Source: Prevotella sp. (GTDB lineage Bacteria; Bacteroidota; Bacteroidia; Bacteroidales; Bacteroidaceae). Taken from it: DNA of 64,000 bases. Made by a program: the position numbers and the translations under genes. Below are positions 45,873 to 53,860 of this stretch, one piece after another. The stretch lies in assembly GCA_017467535.1 (NCBI GenBank), contig JAFUST010000104.1, forward strand, positions 5,131 to 69,130, written 5' to 3'. The stretch's first letter is position 1. Each line of letters starts with the position of its first letter. The notes beneath the pieces were generated by a model. It worked only from the letters and a program-made list of their open reading frames with translations. It had not been told where the DNA came from and ran no database searches.

Positions 45873-46839
45873 CACTGAAGTCTTTTGTCAGTTCAACGGC
45901 CTGATCCAACCAGTACTCAATGTCGTACTCGTCCATCAGATTCTTCGATTTCATCTGGAACTTGGCCAGATAGTCCTCCGAGTCCATCGGCAACTCAGCC
46001 CTCACGCCTTTGCCGCAGGTGTACGAAATATTATCGTCAAAGGTCAGTCTAAGGCCAAAATTCTTGCCTACCATATCACTGGTGATAAGCGTCACTATGT
46101 TCTCAATGTCGTGTTTGCGCCGGTCGATGATGCGGTCGCCAATAGGGTCATTGATGGTCACTTCACCACTCTTGCCGCCCCACAACTCTTTCAAGAGCCG
46201 CTTCAGGTAGGGTGAACGCTTGACAATGGCTTCTGCCTGCGGACTGATCTTTCCCGTGTCGAAGTAGATGGTCATCTTCTTCACGCTACGCTTGTGTGTC
46301 TTGATGCGCTGCCTCGAATAGTCCCAGAACTCCAGTGTCTGCATCTTCGACTTCACCTCAACAGCCAGCCCGGCCGACAGACTCTCCAGGTTCAGGTTGA
46401 TGCTCTCCTGCAGCAGATTGCGCACCACGTCCGTGCTTCGCCAGGCATCTCTGTCCACTTGGATCGCTATCATGTTACGGCCCGGTCGGAAGTCAAGCAG
46501 GATATAGCAGTTGGGGAACGACGGCTGTTCTCTCTTTTCAATACGAGCCACCTGGTCAGGTCGCGGACGGGATTTCTCGTAATACGGTACCTTTTTCTCG
46601 TTCTCAAGTCTGAGCAGCACCACGTGGTCATCGTGTGCCAATACGGTGCAAGGATAGCGGTCAGCCCCATCGCGCCCGTTTTTCTGCACTCTGAATTCTG
46701 CCGTTGTCTCCCCGAAAAGCCGCTCCAACACCGTTTGAGCATCTTTCAGTCCGACGGCCCCATCCTGCTCCCCTATAGTCCAGTCCCTCTCCATGGCCAC
46801 CAGTTTCGGCTCATAGTTGTAAATCGCATATTTGTCCAT
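45817..46839 (-). CDS. Hypothetical protein (340 aa)
   Basis: Long ORF with an ATG after an A-rich leader; no family confidently recognised. Confidence 0.75.
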   Translation of the reverse strand: MDKYAIYNYEPKLVAMERDWTIGEQDGAVGLKDAQTVLERLFGETTAEFRVQKNGRDGADRYPCTVLAHDDHVVLLRLENEKKVPYYEKSRPRPDQVARIEKREQPSFPNCYILLDFRPGRNMIAIQVDRDAWRSTDVVRNLLQESINLNLESLSAGLAVEVKSKMQTLEFWDYSRQRIKTHKRSVKKMTIYFDTGKISPQAEAIVKRSPYLKRLLKELWGGKSGEVTINDPIGDRIIDRRKHDIENIVTLITSDMVGKNFGLRLTFDDNISYTCGKGVRAELPMDSEDYLAKFQMKSKNLMDEYDIEYWLDQAVELTKDFSDEETVTAKPDAKAKKQIA

Positions 46840-46851
46840 TCAGATTGTTTT

Positions 46852-46894
46852 TGGGAATATCAGTAATTTTTATAGTCATTAACTGATATTCCCA
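46852..46894. promoter_or_regulatory. Perfect 13-bp inverted repeat just upstream of the 340-aa gene
   Basis: TGGGAATATCAGT-N17-ACTGATATTCCCA. Confidence 0.6.
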
Positions 46895-47010
46895 GGAAGC
46901 AAACTTGAGGCCAAAAATGCTCAATATCGCCAGTACTGACACAATGGCAGAGGGGGCGCCGCCCAAGATAATATGCCTATGCCATTATCCTCCCCTGACA
47001 TTTTTTCGGC

Positions 47011-47224
47011 TGACAGGGATGACAGGTGACGGATGACAGTTAGAAAACATAAGGGTGAGAGAGACGGTGCTGGGAGTAGTAATGTATATATGTGAATATA
47101 TATTTATATATAATTGTATATTTATATAAATAATATACATTAATCTAAAAAGGGGGAATCCACTCCGGAGGCTATCTGAGGGTGACGTGGTGCCTTGTTT
47201 CCAACTGTCATCTGTAATTGTCAC
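47011..47224. repeat. Origin-like element: TGACAG-type repeat arms in inverted orientation around an AT-rich palindromic core
   Basis: Left arm tgacagggatgacaggtgacggatgacagtt; right arm aactgtcatctgtaattgtcac; AT core ~47080-47150 with palindrome TATTTATATAAATA 47119-47132. Confidence 0.8.
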
Positions 47225-47241
47225 TACCGAATGGCGGCGAT

Positions 47242-47303
47242 GGGTTTGCACGCTCCAAACCCTGGGTTTGCTCCGTGCGGACTGCCGCTTTGAACGGTGC
47301 AAA
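47242..47303. repeat. Degenerate 22-bp periodic repeat
   Basis: gggtttgcacgctccaaaccct/gggtttgctccgtgcggactgc/cgctttgaacggtgcaaa. Confidence 0.65.
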
Positions 47304-47329
47304 ATAAGCGAAAAAAAGATGCGAAAATA

Positions 47330-47361
47330 TTTGCATAATTCAGATATTTTCCGTACCTTTG
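47330..47361 (+). promoter_or_regulatory. Bacteroidota promoter for the HU-like gene (TTTG-N20-TACCTTTG)
   Basis: TTTG 47330-47333 and TACCTTTG 47354-47361. Confidence 0.75.
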
Positions 47362-47449
47362 TAGTGTCAATGAAAGACAAGCGGGAATGGCGGCCCGAAG
47401 CAGTCCGCCAACGGATTATCTAATACCACAAAAAACACAACAAAAGCGT

Positions 47450-47911
47450 ATGGCAACTAACAAAATCGCTATGGAGTATGACCTCGTGCGCAACAACAAC
47501 GCCGAGTCGACCGCCTACGGCAAATGGTACGCCCAGCCCGTACTGCGCGGTTCACTGAACCTGAAGGGCTTCGCCCAGCACATCCACGACCACAACGGCA
47601 CCTATCGCACCAGCGTCATCAAGGGCTGTCTGGAGGAGATGGTGGAGTGCATGGTGGAGATGATCAGCCAGGGTGTGGGCGTGAAACTCGACGGCCTGGG
47701 CACCTTCTACCCCACCATGGAGAGCAAGGGCGTGGCCAAGCCGGAGGACTTCAACGTGGCGGAGCACCTGCTGGGCATCCACATCCGCTTCCTGCCCGAG
47801 GGCTCGAAGGACGAGGAACTCACCTCGAAGAAGTTCAAGGACCGCTGCACCCTGAAGCGCCGCTTCCCCGAGCCCGAGAAGCCCGAGCCGGAGCCCGAAC
47901 CCGAACCCTGA
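47450..47911 (+). CDS. Bacteroidales HU-like (histone-like) DNA-binding protein with PE-rich tail
   Basis: GKWYA...G-x-GVKLDGLGTFYP...IRFLP; tail PEPEKPEPEPEPEP. Confidence 0.8.
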   Translation: MATNKIAMEYDLVRNNNAESTAYGKWYAQPVLRGSLNLKGFAQHIHDHNGTYRTSVIKGCLEEMVECMVEMISQGVGVKLDGLGTFYPTMESKGVAKPEDFNVAEHLLGIHIRFLPEGSKDEELTSKKFKDRCTLKRRFPEPEKPEPEPEPEP

Positions 47912-47913
47912 CG

Positions 47914-47990
47914 GGAGTGATGAGTGATGAGTGATAAGTGGGACGCGAAACCGCTCATCACTTTTCACTCATCACTTATCACTTCTTCAC
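47914..47990. repeat. Inverted heptamer-repeat hairpin between convergent genes
   Basis: GAGTGAT/AAGTG units, a short spacer, then CTCATCA/CTTATCA/CTTTTCA units; same unit family as 3050-3224. Confidence 0.85.
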
Positions 47991-48889
47991 TCCAACAGCA
48001 GTCCTGTGGCGACCAGGAGGCCGTAGACGAAGATGTTGCGGGCCGTCTCGCCCAGACAGGCGTTGAGCGCCCTGCCCTGCCAGATGCGCTTCATCTTCAG
48101 GAAGGTGAGCACGTGGAGCACCAGATAGGCGAACGGCAGGCCGAAGGCCCACCAGCGGCCGCCCACGGCGAAGACCGACCCCATCAGGCAGGCCGCGATG
48201 CCCACGCCCAGATAGCAGCCCAGGGCGGCACGGGGGCCCACCAGCACCACCAGGGTGCGCTTGCCGGCCAGCCGGTCAGTGTCGCGGTCGCGGAAGTTGT
48301 TGACCAGCAGCAGGCCGTCTATCACCAGCCCGCAGGCCAGCGAGGCCACGATGACCTCGGGCGTGAAGGTGTGCAACTGCACGTAGTAGGTGATGGAGAC
48401 GGGCACCAGGCCGAAGAAGACCAGCACGAGCACGTCGCCCAGGCCCATATAAGAGAGGTGGGTGGTGTAGAGGAAGCAGAACACCACGCAGAGCAGGCCC
48501 ACGAGCACCATCTCGAGCCCGCCGAACCACACGAGCGGCAGGCCCACGACGCAGGCCAGACAGGTGGTCAGGGCGATGGCGTGCTTCATCCGCTCGATGC
48601 TCACCCAGCCCTGGGCGCAGGCCCGCTCGGGCCCCAGACGGGTCTCGCGGTCGTCGGTGCCCTTGGCATAGTCTACGAAGTCGTTCACGAAGTTGGCGTC
48701 AATCTGCATGATGAACGCAAACAGCAGGCATAGCACGGCGGCCAGCCAGGAGAACGGGGCGCCCACGTAGAGTTTGGCGTCGACCCAGGCCAGCGCCAGT
48801 CCTATCATCACGGGCACGGCTGCCCCGGTCAGCGTCTTGGGGCGGGCGGCCAGCAGCCAGGCCTTCAGAGAGTCTTTCTTCACTTCCAT
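47987..48889 (-). CDS. menA: 1,4-dihydroxy-2-naphthoate octaprenyltransferase
   Basis: WLLAARPKTL, NDFVDYAKGTD, NNFRDRDTD...GKRTL. Confidence 0.93.
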   Translation of the reverse strand: MEVKKDSLKAWLLAARPKTLTGAAVPVMIGLALAWVDAKLYVGAPFSWLAAVLCLLFAFIMQIDANFVNDFVDYAKGTDDRETRLGPERACAQGWVSIERMKHAIALTTCLACVVGLPLVWFGGLEMVLVGLLCVVFCFLYTTHLSYMGLGDVLVLVFFGLVPVSITYYVQLHTFTPEVIVASLACGLVIDGLLLVNNFRDRDTDRLAGKRTLVVLVGPRAALGCYLGVGIAACLMGSVFAVGGRWWAFGLPFAYLVLHVLTFLKMKRIWQGRALNACLGETARNIFVYGLLVATGLLLE

Positions 48890-48915
48890 TTGTCACTTTT
48901 TCCTTAAAACGCTTG

Positions 48916-48943
48916 CAAAAGTAAATAATTTCCCGTATATTTG
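48916..48943. promoter_or_regulatory. Back-to-back -7 elements (TACTTTTG minus 48916-48923; TATATTTG plus 48936-48943)
   Basis: TAnnTTTG matches toward menA and the HD gene. Confidence 0.65.
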
Positions 48944-48965
48944 CAAGCCAAAGCCCGAAAAAGTT

Positions 48966-49607
48966 ATGCTCAAGAACACCGCAAGCCTCGACCTGGTTGA
49001 GTTCGTAGAGACTCAGATCCTGCCCCAGTATGCCAACTTCGACCGTGCCCACAACCTGGAGCACGTGACGCGCGTCATACGCCGCTCGCTGGAGTTGGCC
49101 CAACGCACGGGGGCCGACATCAACATGGTCTACGCCATAGCCGCCTACCACGACATAGGCATGCAGGGGCCGCGTGCCGTACACCACATCACGGGGGGAA
49201 GGATTCTGGCCGCCGACGCCCGGCTGAAGCGCTGGTTCTCGGCCGAGCAGATCAAGATCATGAAGGAGGCCGTGGAGGATCATCGCGCCTCGGCAGCCCA
49301 CGCGCCCCGCAGCCTCTACGGCAAGATCATAGCCGAGGCCGACCGCGACATTGTGCCCGAGGTGGTCTTCAGGCGCACGGTGCAGTACGGGCTAGCCAAC
49401 TATCCGGAACTGGACCGCGAGCACCACTGGCTGCGCTTCCGCGAGCACATGAACGAGAAATACTCTGCCCACGGCTACATACGCCTCTGGATACCCGGCT
49501 CGCCCAACGAGGAACGGCTGAAGGAACTGCGCAGCATCATAGCCGACGCAGCGCGGCTGAGGGAGCAGTTTGACCGCTTCTACGACGCTGAGACCCAGAA
49601 CCAGTAG
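48966..49607 (+). CDS. HD domain metal-dependent phosphohydrolase
   Basis: AHNLEHV...AAYHDIG...HH...EDHRAS...EADR. Confidence 0.88.
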   Translation: MLKNTASLDLVEFVETQILPQYANFDRAHNLEHVTRVIRRSLELAQRTGADINMVYAIAAYHDIGMQGPRAVHHITGGRILAADARLKRWFSAEQIKIMKEAVEDHRASAAHAPRSLYGKIIAEADRDIVPEVVFRRTVQYGLANYPELDREHHWLRFREHMNEKYSAHGYIRLWIPGSPNEERLKELRSIIADAARLREQFDRFYDAETQNQ

Positions 49608-49741
49608 CCGGCGCACAGGGCGGCCAGGGCCACGAGGAAGACGAGGGTCTTCAGCAGGCAGCCCGCCACCTTTTTTATCACCCAGGCGGCCAGGATGATC
49701 AACGCCAGGGCCGCCACGTAGTAAATCCAGTTGTCCATCAT
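49580..49741 (-). CDS. Small two-TM membrane protein (53 aa; not in ORF track)
   Basis: MMDNWIYYVAALALIILAAWVIKKVAGCLLKTLVFLVALAALCAGYWFWVSAS; starts 3 nt after the RluA stop; GC3-rich codons. Confidence 0.75.
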   Translation of the reverse strand: MMDNWIYYVAALALIILAAWVIKKVAGCLLKTLVFLVALAALCAGYWFWVSAS

Positions 49742-49744
49742 ATC

Positions 49745-50644
49745 CTATCTCTTGAATATCTGCCTGAACGCGGTGGGTATGGGGGTCTCAAACTCCATGG
49801 GCTCGCCCGTCACGGGGTGGGTGAAGCAGAGCAGCCACGCGTGCAGGCAGAGCCGGTGCAGGGGGTCGTCGCCGTTGCCGTACTTCGTGTCGCCACACAC
49901 GGGGTGCCCCATGTCGGCCGAGTGGACGCGGATCTGGTTCTTGCGGCCTGTCTCCAACTTATACTCTACCAGCGAGTGCTCCGTCGTGCGGTCCAGCACG
50001 TGGAAGTGGGTGACGGCCAGTTTGCCCCCGTTGTCCACGGGCGAGGAATAGGTGACGTAGGCCTTGTTGTCCTTCAGCCAGTTGCGTATCGTGCCCTTGT
50101 CCTGCTCCATCTCGCCGCTGACCACGGCCACGTAGCGGCGGTCGTAGACTATCTGGTGCCAGTTGTGCTCCAGCACCTGCTCCGTCTCGATGTCCTTGGC
50201 ATAGACCATCAGCCCGCTGGTGTCACGATCCAGCCGGTGCACCACGTGGGCCGTGCACTTCTGGCGGCTCTTCTTGAAGTAGTCGTCCAGCACGCTCTTC
50301 ACGTTGAGCGACGAGTGGCCCGCCGCCATCGACAGGATGCCCACGGCCTTCTCCACCACGACGAGCCAGCGGTCTTCGTAGACGATGCGCACGTAGCGGC
50401 TCTTGAAACTCTGCTGGTTGCGCTTCGTCTTCGAGACGGCCACCTTCATGCCCCGCTCCAGGGGGAAGTCGAACTGGCTGACGGTCTTGCCGTTCACCCT
50501 GATGCCCCGTCCCTGGAGCGTCGCCTTGATCTTCGTGCGGCTCTCCTTCACGTTGGCCAGCAGCCACTCCAGCAGCGGCTGCGGCTCCTCCACGGTATAG
50601 TGATCATAGTCACCCTCGCGGTTGTATCCTGTGTTCATTCTCAT
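49745..50644 (-). CDS. RluA family RNA pseudouridine synthase with S4-like N-terminus
   Basis: VHRLDRDTSG, TGRKNQIRVH, GDTKYG, LCLHA. Confidence 0.93.
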   Translation of the reverse strand: MRMNTGYNREGDYDHYTVEEPQPLLEWLLANVKESRTKIKATLQGRGIRVNGKTVSQFDFPLERGMKVAVSKTKRNQQSFKSRYVRIVYEDRWLVVVEKAVGILSMAAGHSSLNVKSVLDDYFKKSRQKCTAHVVHRLDRDTSGLMVYAKDIETEQVLEHNWHQIVYDRRYVAVVSGEMEQDKGTIRNWLKDNKAYVTYSSPVDNGGKLAVTHFHVLDRTTEHSLVEYKLETGRKNQIRVHSADMGHPVCGDTKYGNGDDPLHRLCLHAWLLCFTHPVTGEPMEFETPIPTAFRQIFKR

Positions 50645-51204
50645 AGTTCACAAACGGTATATATATAGTTTCTGTCCAATCGCTCCACGGTGGTAAACGC
50701 CTCGGGCGGCACGCCTTCCAGCACGCTCTTCATCCCGTCGTTGATGCCCTGGCCCGTCAGTTTCAGCAGGCTCTCCTTCATCGTCCACAGCCGGGTGAAC
50801 TCCACCTCCGGCCGCGCAGCCTGGTGGATGCGCGCCAGTTCGGCCTCGCTCATCGCATAGCGCGCCACGCTCTCACGATAGCGCCCCGTGCCCTCCACGT
50901 CGATGCCCACGGGCCTCCGGCTCAGCACGCAGGCCGCCGCCTGGCGGCAATGGCTCAGGCTGAAGTGCAGTTCGGGGTGACCTGCAATGTAGGGCTTGCC
51001 GTGAGGGCCATATTCGAAGACGGGATTCTCCGTGATGCCCTCCTGCTCGCGCAGGGCCCGCTTCAGCAGCAGATAGGCCGCCACGCAGAGCCGCCGCCCC
51101 TGCTCGTGCCTGATGCGCAGGGCCTGCTCGCGTCGCTGACTGCTGACGAGCCTCAGCCCTTCAGTCAAGTCGAGTTGGTCTGTCTGATCGTCAATATACA
51201 CCAT
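50641..51204 (-). CDS. Sfp-type 4'-phosphopantetheinyl transferase
   Basis: GKP...FSLSH...VGIDVE...WTMKESLLK; start ATG 51204. Confidence 0.9.
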   Translation of the reverse strand: MVYIDDQTDQLDLTEGLRLVSSQRREQALRIRHEQGRRLCVAAYLLLKRALREQEGITENPVFEYGPHGKPYIAGHPELHFSLSHCRQAAACVLSRRPVGIDVEGTGRYRESVARYAMSEAELARIHQAARPEVEFTRLWTMKESLLKLTGQGINDGMKSVLEGVPPEAFTTVERLDRNYIYTVCEL

Positions 51205-51308
51205 AGATGCATGAACATTTTGCACTTTGATGTGCGCACACACTATTAATAATTGTTAAGCAGCGGGCGTTTGCCACTCACTTTTGATGTAAAATAAAAA
51301 AAAACTCT

Positions 51309-51316
51309 TACTTTTG
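51309..51316 (+). promoter_or_regulatory. -7 promoter element (TACTTTTG) for the ECF sigma gene
   Basis: TAnnTTTG match with upstream TTTG. Confidence 0.6.
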
Positions 51317-51407
51317 CAGTCGATAAGTTCATAATAATAACTCAAAACAAAAAGATTTATTGCCTATAAGGAGAAATTTACTTCATCAAAAAGACTAAAA
51401 ACAGAGT

Positions 51408-52007
51408 ATGAAGAAATTTGAAGGTGTGACCGACGAGGAGTTGGCACTTCTTTACGTCAAAGGCGACAATCGTGCATTCGATGAGTTATTATCACGCACG
51501 CAGGGTAAACTGTTCACCTACATCATGTTCGTGGTTCGCGACCACGACATGGCCGACGACATCTTCCAGGAGACGTTCGTCAAGGTAATCATGAAGTTGA
51601 AGCAGGGCCAGTATACCGATTCGGGCAAGTTCCAGTTCTGGCTGACGCGCATAGCCCACAACTGCATCATGGACTGGTACAGACAACAGCAGTCGCGCCA
51701 CATCGTGGAGCCCAACGCCGAGAACGACCTGCAGAAACTGAACGGCGACGCTCCAGCCGACCTGTGCCGCGAGACGGAACTGGTGAACGAGCAGGTGCTC
51801 TTCGACGTGAAGCGACTGATGGAGGCCCTGCCTGCACCCCAGCGCGAGGTGGTCTTCATGCGCTACTTCCAGGAACTGTCGTTCAAGGAGATAGCCGAAC
51901 TGACGGGCGTGAGCATCAACACGGCCCTGGGGCGTATGCGCTACGCACTGATCAACATGCGCCGCATAGCCAAGGAAAACCGGGTGGAACTGGCATTGGT
52001 GGGCTGA
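51408..52007 (+). CDS. ECF-type RNA polymerase sigma-70 factor
   Basis: DIFQETFVK, WLTRIAHN, LSFKEIAELTGVSINTALGRMRYA. Confidence 0.92.
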   Translation: MKKFEGVTDEELALLYVKGDNRAFDELLSRTQGKLFTYIMFVVRDHDMADDIFQETFVKVIMKLKQGQYTDSGKFQFWLTRIAHNCIMDWYRQQQSRHIVEPNAENDLQKLNGDAPADLCRETELVNEQVLFDVKRLMEALPAPQREVVFMRYFQELSFKEIAELTGVSINTALGRMRYALINMRRIAKENRVELALVG

Positions 52008-52012
52008 CGGCC

Positions 52013-52660
52013 CTACAATGCCTTCAACTCGCGGATAATCTGTTCGGGGTCTTGGGCCTTGAACACGTAACTGCCACTTACCAGCACATCTACGCCAGCG
52101 GCCACCAGCCGTGGAGCCGTCTCGGCCTGCACGCCCCCATCCACCTCGATGAGGGTCTTGCTGCCTGCCTGGTCTATCATCTGGCGCAGACGCTTCACCT
52201 TGCCGATGGTGTTCTCGATGAAGGCCTGGCCGCCGAAGCCCGGGTTGACACTCATGAGCAGCACCATGTCCACATCGCCGATGATGTCCTCCAGCACACA
52301 GACGGGCGTGCTGGGATTCAGCGTCACGCCAGCCTTCATGCCGGCATCGTGAATCTCCTGAACCGTACGGTGCAGATGAAGCGTGGCCTCCTGGTGCACG
52401 TTCATCATCATGGCCCCCAGACGGGCCGTCTGCCGGATGTAGCGCTCCGGCCGCTCAAACATGTAGTGCACGTCGAGTGGCTTCCGGCAGACGCTGGCCA
52501 CGGCCTCCAGCACAGGGAAGCCAAAGGAAATGTTGGGAACAAACGAACCATCCATCACATCCAGGTGAAGCCAGTCAGCCTCTGAGCGGTTGATCATCTG
52601 GATGTCCCGGTCGAGATGCAGGAAGTCGGCCGCCAATAGTGAAGGTGATACAAGTGTCAT
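52013..52660 (-). CDS. rpe: Ribulose-phosphate 3-epimerase
   Basis: HLDVMDG...FVPN, MSVNPGFGGQ, EVDGG. Confidence 0.96.
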   Translation of the reverse strand: MTLVSPSLLAADFLHLDRDIQMINRSEADWLHLDVMDGSFVPNISFGFPVLEAVASVCRKPLDVHYMFERPERYIRQTARLGAMMMNVHQEATLHLHRTVQEIHDAGMKAGVTLNPSTPVCVLEDIIGDVDMVLLMSVNPGFGGQAFIENTIGKVKRLRQMIDQAGSKTLIEVDGGVQAETAPRLVAAGVDVLVSGSYVFKAQDPEQIIRELKAL

Positions 52661-52684
52661 TTCTTCTTTCTCCTTACTCTTTTT

Positions 52685-52801
52685 TTAATTCAGGCCATAA
52701 TTGGTCTGACGGGGTGTTGCCTGATAGGTATGGGCAAACTGTTTGATGAAGTTGAGTGTCTTCTCACTCGGGTTCATTTCCTCATAGGTAAATATTTGCA
52801 T
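52685..52801 (-). CDS. Small protein (38 aa; not in ORF track)
   Basis: MQIFTYEEMNPSEKTLNFIKQFAHTYQATPRQTNYGLN; fills the fmt-rpe gap on the same strand. Confidence 0.6.
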   Translation of the reverse strand: MQIFTYEEMNPSEKTLNFIKQFAHTYQATPRQTNYGLN

Positions 52802-52854
52802 AGGCTATTGCGATTTAGTTTACACTATTAGTAACGCAACACCCAGGGGAAATA

Positions 52855-53844
52855 TTATACTTGTCGCACAGAATATTTTCCAATGTCCTTCATTCCGTTC
52901 AGGAAAGCCTGCGCATCCATGCGTTTCTTGCCGGCCAGTTGCAGTTCGTCCACCTGCAGCAAACCGTCGGCACAAGAGACCAGCAGATGCCGTCCCCTGA
53001 CGACGAGGCTGCCCGCCCCACCCTGCGCTGCCTCCTGCGTCTTGGTGGTGCGGAACACCTTGAGCACGGTCTCGCGCCCGTTCTCGTCGACGAGCGTCGT
53101 CCAGGCACCCGGATAGGGCGACAGGCCGCGCACGAAGTCGTAGACGCGCTTGGCCGGCTGCGTCCAGTCTATCTGGCAGGTCTCCTTGAAAATCTTGGGG
53201 GCAGGTTTCAACTGAAGAGTGACACTTGACGGATGACAGTTGTCCTGCGAGACGGTCTCGGGATGGCCGCCGGAGGCGATGATCTTCCCCAGCGTGCTCA
53301 GGCAGATCCGGGCTCCCAGATGCATCAGTCCGTCGTAGACGTATTCCACGTCGGCCTCGTCGGGAATGGCGAAGGGCATCTGCTCGATGATGCGGCCCGT
53401 GTCTATATCGTGGTCGAGGAAGAAGGTGGTCACGCCCGTCTCCGTCTCGCCGTTGATGACGGCCCAGTTGATGGGCGCCGCCCCGCGATACTGCGGCAGC
53501 AAGGCCGCATGGACATTGAACGTGCCGTATTCAGGCATGGCCCACACCACCTCGGGCAGCATGCGGAAGGCCACCACCACCTGGAGGTTGGCCCGATAGG
53601 CGCGCAGTTGCTCCACGAAGGCCGGGTCTTTCATCTTCTCTGGCTGAAGCACCGGCAGCCCCTGCTCCAATGCATACTGCTTGACGGCCGAGGGCTGCAG
53701 CACGGAGCCGTGACGGCCCACGGGCTTGTCGGGCTGGGTGACCACGGCCACCACACGATACTGATTCTCCACCAGAGCCTTCAGCGTCTCCACCGCAAAC
53801 TCGGGCGTTCCCATAAACACGATGCGCAAATCTTCCTTATTCAT
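52855..53844 (-). CDS. fmt: Methionyl-tRNA formyltransferase
   Basis: IVFMGTPEFA, VVTQPD, NVHAALLPQYRGAAPINWA. Confidence 0.96.
   Translation of the reverse strand: MNKEDLRIVFMGTPEFAVETLKALVENQYRVVAVVTQPDKPVGRHGSVLQPSAVKQYALEQGLPVLQPEKMKDPAFVEQLRAYRANLQVVVAFRMLPEVVWAMPEYGTFNVHAALLPQYRGAAPINWAVINGETETGVTTFFLDHDIDTGRIIEQMPFAIPDEADVEYVYDGLMHLGARICLSTLGKIIASGGHPETVSQDNCHPSSVTLQLKPAPKIFKETCQIDWTQPAKRVYDFVRGLSPYPGAWTTLVDENGRETVLKVFRTTKTQEAAQGGAGSLVVRGRHLLVSCADGLLQVDELQLAGKKRMDAQAFLNGMKDIGKYSVRQV
53213..53241. repeat. Heptamer repeat inside fmt
   Basis: TGAAGAG TGACACT TGACGGA TGACAGT on plus; encodes NCHPSSVTLQ on the coding strand. Confidence 0.6.
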
Positions 53845-53860
53845 CTTCAATCTTCAATTT

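Larger units (their letters stand above)
41765..47911. mobile_element. Accessory replication-type module (VirE-N / PriCT-2 / DUF3987-like, origin-like element, HU-like gene); no integrase seen
   Basis: Interrupts housekeeping context between fabD and menA; primase/helicase-associated domains; less biased codons in 44.7-46.8 kb; boundaries approximate. Confidence 0.65.

Noticed and set aside
41765-47911. Prophage or conjugative transposon
   Set aside because: No integrase, structural, tra/mob genes, tRNA target or flanking direct repeats were identified
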